Source: an uncultured Actinomycetes bacterium
GTDB lineage: Bacteria > Actinomycetota > UBA4738 > HRBIN12
Length of the DNA: 64,000 nt
Direction: 5' to 3'
Assembly: GCA_963704885.1 (NCBI GenBank)
Contig: CAVPIB010000001.1
Coordinates: 192,001-256,000 of the forward strand
The position numbers and the translations under genes were made by a program. Under the pieces are notes generated by a model. The model saw nothing but the letters and a program-made list of their open reading frames with translations, ran no database searches and was not told where the DNA came from. Positions 29,344-37,833 of this stretch are shown here, piece by piece. Position 1 is the stretch's first letter; the number at the start of each line of letters is the position of its first letter.

Positions 29344-31116
29344 TTGAAGACAGATCGTCGAACCCGCGATCGGGTCCGCCTGTTCTTCTGGGCGGTGCTG
29401 GCCGCCGTGTGTGTGGTGGCCGTGCTGGTGGCGCGCCAGCAGCAACAGCAGGGCCTGGTCCGCAAGTCTGAGGCTGCGGAGGATCGGGCGGTCCGCTACA
29501 CCCACAACACACTGGTCGGTCGGATCGGTGAGACTCGGGCCAGCCGCCCCTTCGCGGGTTCCAGCCTTGACACGTTCGATGCGGAGGTCCGGCGCGCGCT
29601 GTTCACCGATCGCCGGGTCCTTCGGGTACGTCTGTGGAGTCCCGACGGGCTCCTCGTGTTCACGACCGATGATCCCGAGGAGATCGGCAAGCTGACCTCC
29701 ACCGATGAAGGCCTTCGCGCGGCGCTCAAGGGCGAGATCGCCAGCCTGATCACGTACGAGACGCTGGCGCCCGACCAGTCGACGACTCCTGCCCGTATCG
29801 AGCTGCTCGCCACGTATGTCCCCTTGCGTACGTCCGACGAGGATCGCGTCTACGCGGTCGCTGAGATCGACAACGACTACGGCCTTCTGCGCGACGGGAC
29901 ATCGCGTCCCTGGCTGCAGATGCAGGTGGCGTTCGGCCTCGTGGCCGTCCTCTGCCTGGTCATGACCGTGCTCTCGTTCATCTGGTCGCGGCGGCCACAG
30001 GAGGTCGCCGGGTTCGGCCCCAGCCGTCGCGAGGTTCGCGCCGCGGCGCGGGACGACCGTAAGGTCGCCGAGGCTAAGGCCGACGTCGAAGCCGCGAAAG
30101 CCGAGACCGCCATCTTGCGTGAAAGGGTGCACGAGCTGGAACGACGTCCGGAGCAGGCCACGACGCCCGAGGTCGATCCCGCCGAACTGGAGCGCCTCAC
30201 GGCGCGTGCGGGACAACTCGAGGAGCAGTCCCGCGCGGCCGAGGGACGGACGGCGCAGCTGCAGGCTCGGGTCACGGAGCTGGAGGCTCAGCTCCGGATG
30301 ACGACGGATCAGCTGCGCGCCGCGGCCAAGCGTGTTGAGGGGCCCCCGGAGGTCCCCGCCGAGTTCAGAGCGAAGCTCGAGGCCGTCGAGGAGAACGAAC
30401 GCCGGCTGGGCACCGAGCTCCAGCTCGCACGTGAAGAGGCGGAGAGTGCGGTGAAGGCGCGGATCGTCGCCGAACAGGACCGGGCCGAGCTGGAGCAGGT
30501 GAAGCAGGGTGAGCTAGATCAGATCCGTGCACAGGTGCGGATGGCCGAGGAGGAACGCCAGCAGATCCTGGCGGAGGCGGCGAAGAGCCCCACCGCCGAG
30601 CCGGTCTTCTCCGAGGATGCCCAGACGCGGATCGCGGAACTGGAGCAGGCGTTGCAGCGCTCGGAGACGGAACGCGGGATGCTCCGCTCCGGGCGGCCGG
30701 AGACGGTCTACGAGGTCCGCAACCGGGAGTTGGAGGACGAGCTGGCTCAGGTCCGGGAACAACTCGCCGTGGCGGAGGGCCGCGCCCGGACGGCGGACGC
30801 GGCCAAGGCCGGCGTGGACCCCGGAGTGATCGTGGCGCTCGAGGAGCGGATCACCGCCGCCGAGGAGCGCGCGCGAGAGGCGGAGCGGCTGCTGGGACAG
30901 GCGAAGAGCCGGGGCGGGAGCCGTTCGCGTGCATCCATCAGGAACGGCGCAGACGACGGGAGCGACGCCGATGCCGCGCCCGCCGCGAGCACGGACGAGG
31001 CTGCGGCCCCGGACGAAGAGACACCCGAGGTGGATGGCAGCGAGCTCCGGAGCCGTCTGGTGCGCAGCACCGACGCTCGACGCAGGGGCGTCTCGAAGAC
31101 GTCTGATCGCAGCTAG
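29344..31116 (+). CDS. Two-TM protein with extracytoplasmic sensor-like domain and long cytoplasmic coiled coil
   Basis: TM1, RVRLWSPDG..VF...YVPL...VAEI, TM2, then about 300 aa of E/A/R heptads. Confidence 0.8.
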   Translation: MKTDRRTRDRVRLFFWAVLAAVCVVAVLVARQQQQQGLVRKSEAAEDRAVRYTHNTLVGRIGETRASRPFAGSSLDTFDAEVRRALFTDRRVLRVRLWSPDGLLVFTTDDPEEIGKLTSTDEGLRAALKGEIASLITYETLAPDQSTTPARIELLATYVPLRTSDEDRVYAVAEIDNDYGLLRDGTSRPWLQMQVAFGLVAVLCLVMTVLSFIWSRRPQEVAGFGPSRREVRAAARDDRKVAEAKADVEAAKAETAILRERVHELERRPEQATTPEVDPAELERLTARAGQLEEQSRAAEGRTAQLQARVTELEAQLRMTTDQLRAAAKRVEGPPEVPAEFRAKLEAVEENERRLGTELQLAREEAESAVKARIVAEQDRAELEQVKQGELDQIRAQVRMAEEERQQILAEAAKSPTAEPVFSEDAQTRIAELEQALQRSETERGMLRSGRPETVYEVRNRELEDELAQVREQLAVAEGRARTADAAKAGVDPGVIVALEERITAAEERAREAERLLGQAKSRGGSRSRASIRNGADDGSDADAAPAASTDEAAAPDEETPEVDGSELRSRLVRSTDARRRGVSKTSDRS

Positions 31117-31688
31117 AGGGCCAGCGGGTCGACCGCGTAGGTGGATCTGAGCATCTGGTCCATCTCGTCTGCTGGGAGCGACTCCTGCGGGCGCATCCCG
31201 TACCGCGACGCGACGTCTGCATGTTCCCCGCAGAGCGGGAGCATCTCGTCGCGGGGATACCAACCGACGACCGTCGGCGCGGCGGCCTGCGGGCGATGCT
31301 GCCAGAAGCAGAACTGGCAGATCAGTCGCAAGCGTTGCGGGTAGCCGAACCGCGCACGGAAACCCAGCTCGTGTTCGATCACACGGCCCCAGAGCGCCAC
31401 TCGACCCAGCACCGCCGGGTTCCGCGTCTTCCGGAGCAGGTCGATCTCATGGGTGCCGTGGAGACCGCACGAGCATCCAACGTCCGGAGCATCGTGGAAC
31501 CACCCCACACGACAGCTCGCCTCGGCGGGTCGTCCGGGGATCCATGCCCGAGCCCGTCCGGCGACCGGGCGCAGCAGCAGGTTCGACCCGTCGCGGTGGC
31601 CGGTCAACGCCCAGGCCCGCCACGCGAGGACCGCCTCGGTCGACACATCCACCGGGAGCGACCGCTCGAGGGTGACGCCGCGGGTCAT
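31113..31688 (-). CDS. Hypothetical Cys/His-rich protein
   Basis: WRAW, H.AP...CSCGLHG, GRVALWGRVIEHELGFRA, CQFC...LCGEH. Confidence 0.75.
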   Translation of the reverse strand: MTRGVTLERSLPVDVSTEAVLAWRAWALTGHRDGSNLLLRPVAGRARAWIPGRPAEASCRVGWFHDAPDVGCSCGLHGTHEIDLLRKTRNPAVLGRVALWGRVIEHELGFRARFGYPQRLRLICQFCFWQHRPQAAAPTVVGWYPRDEMLPLCGEHADVASRYGMRPQESLPADEMDQMLRSTYAVDPLAL

Positions 31689-31808
31689 CTACGGCGCCGG
31701 CTCGGAGGGCTGGGGCGCCGGCTCGGGCTCGAGGATGGGGAGTGTTTCCGGCAAGGGCCAGGACGCCGGCTCCACCTCGATGATCCGTTTCGGCCGACCG
31801 ATGTCCAT
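31689..31808 (-). CDS. 39-aa Pro/Glu-rich small protein (below the ORF-track cutoff)
   Basis: RBS GGAGGTGA; MDIGRPKRIIEVEPASWPLPETLPILEPEPAPQPSEPAP; TAG directly abuts the next ATG. Confidence 0.7.
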   Translation of the reverse strand: MDIGRPKRIIEVEPASWPLPETLPILEPEPAPQPSEPAP

Positions 31809-31862
31809 CTGTTCACCTCCCGGTCGAGACCCGGGCTCGTGTGACCAGCCTACCCCCGTCTA

Positions 31863-32957
31863 TCATGCCTTCGCCAGGCGATATATGCCCTGGAAGTCGC
31901 TGAAGTAGATCCGTCCGTCGGGCCCCGTTTCCATGGAGTAGATCGCACCGTTCGGGCTGTCTAGCACCTGGACCGGGTCACCCGAGACGTCGTTGCGGGC
32001 CGCGTTCAGCGCCACGCGCCGAAGCACCCCGGCGTTCACTTCTCCGAAGAACAGCTGCCCCTCGACCTGGGCGCTCAGCCCGCAGTCCTGGCAGAACGCG
32101 GCACCGGTTATCCCGATCGTGTTGACGAACCAGAGCTTGGGCAGTTGACGGGGTGTGGGGCCGCTGTTGTTGGTGCCGCCGGGAACGTCTGCGCAGTTCT
32201 CGTTCGGGCCCCAGCCGAAGTTCCCTCCCGCCACGATCAGGTTGATCTCGTCCATACACTCGGGTCCGTTCTCGCTCTCCCAGAGCCGATCTGTCTGGGG
32301 ATCGAACGCGAACCCGTAGGAGTTGCGGATCCCGAACGCATAGGTCCTGCTGCCGGCGATAGGGTTGTCGGAGGGCACTCCGCCGTTGGGCGTCATTCGC
32401 AGGATCTTCCCGCGGAGGTTGCCCGTCAGGTCCTGGGCATTGGAGCTGTCGTGCCCGTCCCCGACGATCGCGTAGAGCATCCCGTCTGGGCCGAAGAGGA
32501 TCCGCCCGCCGTTGTGGTACGGACTGGAACTGGCGGGCGTGGTCAACAGCACGCGCATCGCGACGTGACCGGACGCGCGCGTCACCCTCACGATCTGGTT
32601 CTTGAGGCTGCCGCCCGATGAGCGGGTCACGTAGACGTAGAGGGTCCGCGACCCGGGCCAGTTGGGACTCACCGCGACGCCGAGCGCTCCGCGTTCCCCC
32701 TGACCGTTCACCCCGGGCACTTTGAAGAAGCGGTGATCGGCCTTGGTCTTGGGGTTGTAGATCCTGATCTCGCCGGAGCCGCGCTCAAGGTAGACGATCC
32801 GCCCGTTCGGCAGGAAGGTGAACGCGGCCGGGCCGTTGAGGCCGCCGACCACCCTTCGGGCGACGATGGCTCCGCCCGCCTGTGCGGGCGCGGCCGCAGC
32901 GCAAGCGAGCGCGGCTAGCGCGAGGCTGAGGATGCCGGCGATCGTGCGGTGACGCAT
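31863..32957 (-). CDS. PQQ-dependent sugar dehydrogenase (GSDH family), secreted
   Basis: GERGALGVA, HNGGRILFGPDG.LY..GD, GKILR, GIRN..G, DEIN. Confidence 0.9.
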   Translation of the reverse strand: MRHRTIAGILSLALAALACAAAAPAQAGGAIVARRVVGGLNGPAAFTFLPNGRIVYLERGSGEIRIYNPKTKADHRFFKVPGVNGQGERGALGVAVSPNWPGSRTLYVYVTRSSGGSLKNQIVRVTRASGHVAMRVLLTTPASSSPYHNGGRILFGPDGMLYAIVGDGHDSSNAQDLTGNLRGKILRMTPNGGVPSDNPIAGSRTYAFGIRNSYGFAFDPQTDRLWESENGPECMDEINLIVAGGNFGWGPNENCADVPGGTNNSGPTPRQLPKLWFVNTIGITGAAFCQDCGLSAQVEGQLFFGEVNAGVLRRVALNAARNDVSGDPVQVLDSPNGAIYSMETGPDGRIYFSDFQGIYRLAKA

Positions 32958-33005
32958 CAATTGACCCTCCTTGAGGTGGTGCGGTTGCTGGCTAGCATGT
33001 GGCCC

Positions 33006-35318
33006 GTGACCCTGCCTCCCTCGATGTTCGGCGTCCCAGCCCTGCGAACTGAAGACCCGCGGTTCCTACGCGGGGAGGGGCGCTATCTGGAGAACATCCC
33101 CATCCCCGGGGTGCTGCGGGCCGTGTTCGTCCGTTCCATCATGCCTCACGCCCGGATCGAAGGGATCGAGGGGCTGGAGGCCGCGCGGGCGATGCCGGGC
33201 GTGGTAGCCGTGTTCACGGCCGACGACCTACAGGTCCCGCCTCAGCCTCCCAGCGGAAACGTGGAGGGGGCGACGGGCACGCTCGAGGAGGGCGCGTTCA
33301 TGCGGGAGGTGCTCGCCCGCGAGGTGGTTCGCTACGTGGGCGAGGCCGTGGCGGTGGTGATCGCGGCGTCGTTCGCGCAGGCGCAGGACTCGGCGGAGAC
33401 GGTGTGGCCGTCGTACGACCCGATCGATGCCGTGACCGATGTGGAGGCGGCCGTGGCCGTAGGCGCGCCGCTCCTGTGGCCGTCGTACGGAACGAACGTC
33501 GCGTACTCGTTCGAGACCCGATGGGACGAAGACGTTCTGGCCGGGGCCGATGTGATCGTGCGCGCGCGCGTTGTACAGCAGCGACTGGCTCCCGTCCCCA
33601 TGGAGACGAACGCGATCGCAGTGATCCCCGAGGACGACGGTGGATACACGGTCTGGGTGTCGACGCAGGTGCCGTTCGATGTCCGCGACGACCTGGCGGA
33701 GCTCTTGGGCGTCGACAAGAAGCGGGTGCGTGTGATCGCTCCAGATGTGGGGGGTGGTTTCGGCGCCAAGCTCCTGATGTACCCGGAGTTCGCAGTGGTG
33801 GCGGCTGCCGCGAAGAAGATCGGGCGACCCGTGCGATGGTCGGAGACGCGCTCGGAGAGCATGGTGAGCCTGACGCACGGTCGCGCTCAGGTGCAGTACC
33901 TGGAGGTAGGGGCCAAGCGCGACGGGACGGTGGTTGGTCTCCGGGCGGATCTGCTGGCCGACATGGGCGGGTATCCGATCGGCGCGTTCCTGCCGACAAC
34001 CACGAACGAGATGCTCGCCGGTCCGTACACGATCCCCAGGATCGCCTGTCGCGGTCGGAGCATCGTGACGAACGCCACCCCGATCTTCGCGTATCGGGGA
34101 GCCGGCAGGCCGGAGGCGACCGCCTTGGTCGAGCGCGCGATGGACCTGGTGGCCGCTGAGCTCGGTATGGACGCCGTTCAGGTTCGCCGTAAGAACCTGA
34201 TCCCGCCAGACGTGTTCCCTTACACGACCTCGACCGGGACGAAGTACGACGTGGGGGACTACGGGCGCGCGCTGGATCTGGCGCTCGGCATGGCGGGCAT
34301 CGATGAGCTCCGGGCCGAGCAGGAGGCCCGCCGGGCGCGCGGAGACCACCTGCTGCTGGGTATCGGCGTCAGCACCTACGTGGAGATCACGGCGTTCTCG
34401 TCGAAGGAGTTCGGCTCGGTGGAGGTCGCGTCGGACGGCTCGGTCACCGTGCTCACCGGGGTGTCGCCGCAGGGGCAGGGACACGAGACCGCCATGGCAC
34501 AGATCGCGTCGGCCGTCTTGGGGGTGCCGATCGGCACGGTGCGGGTGGTGCACTCGGACACGGGGATCGTGCCGAAGGGCGCCGGGACGTGGGGTTCGCG
34601 CTCGCTCCAGGTAGGAGGGTCGGCCGTTGCCGAGCAGAGCCAAGCGGTCGCGGCGAAGGCGCGAACGCTTGCCGCGTATCTGTTGGAGGTGGACGAGGCC
34701 GACCTGGCCGACGTCTTCGACGGGCGGATCGAGGTGAAGGGGGCACCCGACCGTGGGCTCACGTTGGCGGAGCTGGCCGCAGCAGCGAACGACCCCAAGC
34801 GGCTGCCCGAGGGCATGACTCCTGGGCTCGCGGCGTCCGGGCAGTTCCGTGAGCTGGAGTCCACGTTCCCGTTCGGGACGCACGTTGCCGTCGTCGAGGT
34901 GGATACACAGACGGGGGACGCGCGTTCGGTGCGGCACATCGCGGTCGACGACTGTGGCAGGATCTTGAACCCGATGCTGGTGGACGGACAGGTTGGCGGG
35001 GGACTTGGCCAGGGCATCGCGCAGGCCCTGTATGAGGAGGTCCGCTACGACGACGCGGGGAACCCGGCAACCGGCAACCTGTCGATCTATGCCATGCCCT
35101 CGGCGGCCGAGTTGCCGTGGTTCGAGATCGCCCACACCGAAACGCCGACGCCGCTGAACCCGCTGGGCGCGAAGGGGATCGGAGAGTCGGCGACGATCGG
35201 CTCGACACCGGCTGTGCAGAGCGCGGTCGTGGACGCTCTTTCGCACCTGGGGGTTCGCCACATCGACATCCCACTCACGCCCGAGCGCGTGTGGCGCGCG
35301 ATCCGCGAGGCTCTGTAG
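33006..35318 (+). CDS. Xanthine dehydrogenase-family molybdopterin large subunit (form II CoxL-like)
   Basis: EDPRFLRG.G.Y, VGGGFGAK, AYRGAGRPEA, GQGHET, GAKGIGE. Confidence 0.9.
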   Translation: MTLPPSMFGVPALRTEDPRFLRGEGRYLENIPIPGVLRAVFVRSIMPHARIEGIEGLEAARAMPGVVAVFTADDLQVPPQPPSGNVEGATGTLEEGAFMREVLAREVVRYVGEAVAVVIAASFAQAQDSAETVWPSYDPIDAVTDVEAAVAVGAPLLWPSYGTNVAYSFETRWDEDVLAGADVIVRARVVQQRLAPVPMETNAIAVIPEDDGGYTVWVSTQVPFDVRDDLAELLGVDKKRVRVIAPDVGGGFGAKLLMYPEFAVVAAAAKKIGRPVRWSETRSESMVSLTHGRAQVQYLEVGAKRDGTVVGLRADLLADMGGYPIGAFLPTTTNEMLAGPYTIPRIACRGRSIVTNATPIFAYRGAGRPEATALVERAMDLVAAELGMDAVQVRRKNLIPPDVFPYTTSTGTKYDVGDYGRALDLALGMAGIDELRAEQEARRARGDHLLLGIGVSTYVEITAFSSKEFGSVEVASDGSVTVLTGVSPQGQGHETAMAQIASAVLGVPIGTVRVVHSDTGIVPKGAGTWGSRSLQVGGSAVAEQSQAVAAKARTLAAYLLEVDEADLADVFDGRIEVKGAPDRGLTLAELAAAANDPKRLPEGMTPGLAASGQFRELESTFPFGTHVAVVEVDTQTGDARSVRHIAVDDCGRILNPMLVDGQVGGGLGQGIAQALYEEVRYDDAGNPATGNLSIYAMPSAAELPWFEIAHTETPTPLNPLGAKGIGESATIGSTPAVQSAVVDALSHLGVRHIDIPLTPERVWRAIREAL

Positions 35319-35359
35319 CGCTGGGCGCGAGCGACGCCGGACAGATAGGGTTCCGGCCC

Positions 35360-37171
35360 ATGAGCGAACACACCCCCGCGTGGGAGCAGCGGCATCGTGC
35401 GCCCGTCGCGTCGATGCCCGACTGGTCTCCGAACGCCCCTGACCACGTCGCCTACGAGAGCACCGAGAGCGGGGTGTGGCAGGTCCATGCGTGGGACGTG
35501 GCGACCGGAACCCGGCGCCAGGTGACCGACCATCCGGTTGGGGTGATCACCGGCTCCCTGTCGGCCGACGGCACCGACGTGTTGTGGTGGCAGGACGAGA
35601 CGGGCGATGAATCCGGGCGATGGTTCGCCCAGCCGTTCGAGGGCGGCGAGGTCCGTCCGTTCCTGGAAGGGGTACCCGCAGGCTGGAACGAGGGGTTCGC
35701 CCAGGCCGCCGGCGTCGTGGCGGCCTCGATCAGCGACCGCGGTGGGTTCGCCGTCTACATCTCGATCGACGGTGGTCCGGCGAAGGAGATCCTCAGGAGC
35801 GCCGAGTGGCTCAGGGTGGCCGGCGCCGAGGGTGGGTTCAATCGCGGCGGGTTATCAGCGGACGGAACCCTGCTCTGCCTCGAGCACTGCGAGGGCGGCG
35901 ACATGCGTCACCCGGCGCTCCGGGTGATCGACCCGCGCACCGCTGAGGTCGTCGCGGAGCTCCGTGACGAAGGCAAGAGCCTATCGGCCGCGACATGGTC
36001 GCCGGTACCGGGCGACGGTCGCCTGGTCGTGACACACGAGCGCACCGGGGAGGCCACCGCAGCGCTTTGGGAACCGGCCACGGGGACCTGGACCGATCTG
36101 CCGACCGGTCTGACGGGCGAGGTAGTGGCGCTCGACTGGTGGCCAGACGGATCGGCGCTGCTGCTCTCCAACCTGGTGGAGGGACGTCACCGTCTCGAGC
36201 GATTCGACCTGTCTTCCAACACGGCCACGCCCATAGATCACGAGGAGGGGCAGATCTCCGGTGCGCTCGTCCGACCCGGCGGAACCGTCTGGTATCGGTG
36301 GGCGAACGGCGCGACCGCCCCCCAGGTCCGCGACGATCGTGGCAGCGAGGTGCTGCAAGCCGAGGGCGAGCGCGCGGTCGCAGGGCGGCCCTATGTGTCC
36401 TTCAGGTTCGACAACCAACACGGCCAGTCGGTGCACGGTTTCTACGTCACACCGGAGGGCGAGGGTCCCTTCCCGATCCTGATGCGTCCACACGGGGGTC
36501 CTGACTGGCTGGACGAGGACCGGTGGAGCCCGGAGGTCCAGGCCTACGTCGACGCAGGTCTGGCCGTGGCCATGATCAACTACCGAGGCTCCACGGGCTA
36601 CGGCGCGGCATGGCGCGACACGCTCATCGGCAATATCGGCGGTCCCGAGCTGGAGGATCTGAACGCGGGCCTGGAGTGGCTGGTGGATCACGGGATCGCC
36701 GACCCGGCGAGCGCAGCGGTCGGTGGCTGGTCGTGGGGCGGGTACCTGACCCTGATGGAGCTGGGCAAGCACGCCGATCTTTGGCTCTGTGGCGTCGCCG
36801 GCATCCCCGTGGGCGACTACGTGATGTCCTACGACGACATGTCGCCGACCTTGCAGGCTTACGATCGCGCACTGCTGGGAGGCACACCCGAAGAGGTGCC
36901 CGAGCTGATGCGCGATCGCAACCCCATCCACTTCGCCGACGACGTGAAGGTGCCGGTGCTGTTCCTCATAGGCCAGAACGACAGTCGCTGTCCTTACCGC
37001 CAGGCGATGGCCTACGTGGATCGGCTCGCCGAGCGAGGCCACCCACATCAGGTCTACCTGTTCGGAACGGGGCACGGTTCGTTCGATATAGAGGAGGACG
37101 TTCGTCAGGTCGGTGCCATCCTCGGGTTCCTGGCCGAACACGTGCCGGGCGTGAGGGTGCCGACCGACTAA
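35360..37171 (+). CDS. S9 prolyl oligopeptidase-family peptidase
   Basis: HGGP, NYRGSTGYG, GWSWGG nucleophile, NDSRC, GHG. Confidence 0.9.
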   Translation: MSEHTPAWEQRHRAPVASMPDWSPNAPDHVAYESTESGVWQVHAWDVATGTRRQVTDHPVGVITGSLSADGTDVLWWQDETGDESGRWFAQPFEGGEVRPFLEGVPAGWNEGFAQAAGVVAASISDRGGFAVYISIDGGPAKEILRSAEWLRVAGAEGGFNRGGLSADGTLLCLEHCEGGDMRHPALRVIDPRTAEVVAELRDEGKSLSAATWSPVPGDGRLVVTHERTGEATAALWEPATGTWTDLPTGLTGEVVALDWWPDGSALLLSNLVEGRHRLERFDLSSNTATPIDHEEGQISGALVRPGGTVWYRWANGATAPQVRDDRGSEVLQAEGERAVAGRPYVSFRFDNQHGQSVHGFYVTPEGEGPFPILMRPHGGPDWLDEDRWSPEVQAYVDAGLAVAMINYRGSTGYGAAWRDTLIGNIGGPELEDLNAGLEWLVDHGIADPASAAVGGWSWGGYLTLMELGKHADLWLCGVAGIPVGDYVMSYDDMSPTLQAYDRALLGGTPEEVPELMRDRNPIHFADDVKVPVLFLIGQNDSRCPYRQAMAYVDRLAERGHPHQVYLFGTGHGSFDIEEDVRQVGAILGFLAEHVPGVRVPTD

Positions 37172-37180
37172 CCTGACCCG

Positions 37181-37438
37181 GTGCCGACCTGGCTCCTGGT
37201 CCTCACCGCCATCCTGCTCGGCCTGCTGATCTGGCGGGTGGGGATCGGCATGCTCCGTTCGATCACCGGTGGGGCTGACCGCACCAAGCCCGAGGTCGAG
37301 GACGTGGAGGAGCTCGAGGTCTTCCTCGTCTGCGGGGAATGCGGCACGGAGTTCCGGGTCATGCGGCTGGGCGAGCTGCAGATCCCTCGCCACTGCGGCG
37401 AATCGATGCAGGTGGTTCGGGGACCTGCGGGAGACTGA
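37181..37438 (+). CDS. Small membrane protein with zinc-ribbon motif
   Basis: N-terminal TM; CGECG...PRHCGESM. Confidence 0.7.
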   Translation: MPTWLLVLTAILLGLLIWRVGIGMLRSITGGADRTKPEVEDVEELEVFLVCGECGTEFRVMRLGELQIPRHCGESMQVVRGPAGD

Positions 37439-37449
37439 GGCCGCCTGCG

Positions 37450-37542
37450 TTTTCCACAGGCTGCGAACCGTTCGTCCACCGGTTATCCCCAGTGAGGCGT
37501 CGTTCGAGGGTTACCCACAGGTGTGGAAAGCCTTGTGGAAGG
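37450..37542. promoter_or_regulatory. Extra-origin DnaA-box cluster downstream of crgA
   Basis: TTTTCCACA 37450, TCGTCCACC 37472, TTATCCCCA 37483, TTACCCACA 37511, TGTGGAAAG 37522, TGTGGAAGG 37534. Confidence 0.8.
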
Positions 37543-37569
37543 ATCACATCGTTGTGATTCGACGGGCGA

Positions 37570-37833
37570 CTAGCGGATCATCGTGGTGCCCAGGAACCCG
37601 ACGCCGATCATGCCAAGACCCACCATCAGGGCGACCGGGCTCGTCTGGTCGTTCGTGAACGGCAAGATCCCCATGTAGTTGAGGACGATCACGATGACCC
37701 CGAGGCCCATGAGGCTCAGGACCATCGGCGAATACCAACGAGGGCTCGCCTTCTTGCGCGCCGCCCTCTTCGCCGGCTCCAACTGGTAGCGACGCTTGGA
37801 GGAGCCGCTGTTGCGTGAGCGGGATTTGGGCAT
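37570..37833 (-). CDS. crgA: Cell division protein CrgA
   Basis: MPKSRSR...SPRWY..MVLSLMGLG, two TMs. Confidence 0.85.
   Translation of the reverse strand: MPKSRSRNSGSSKRRYQLEPAKRAARKKASPRWYSPMVLSLMGLGVIVIVLNYMGILPFTNDQTSPVALMVGLGMIGVGFLGTTMIR

Noticed and set aside
33006-35318. Aerobic CO dehydrogenase (form I)
   Set aside because: Has AYRGAGR rather than AYXCSFR, and no cox accessory genes.
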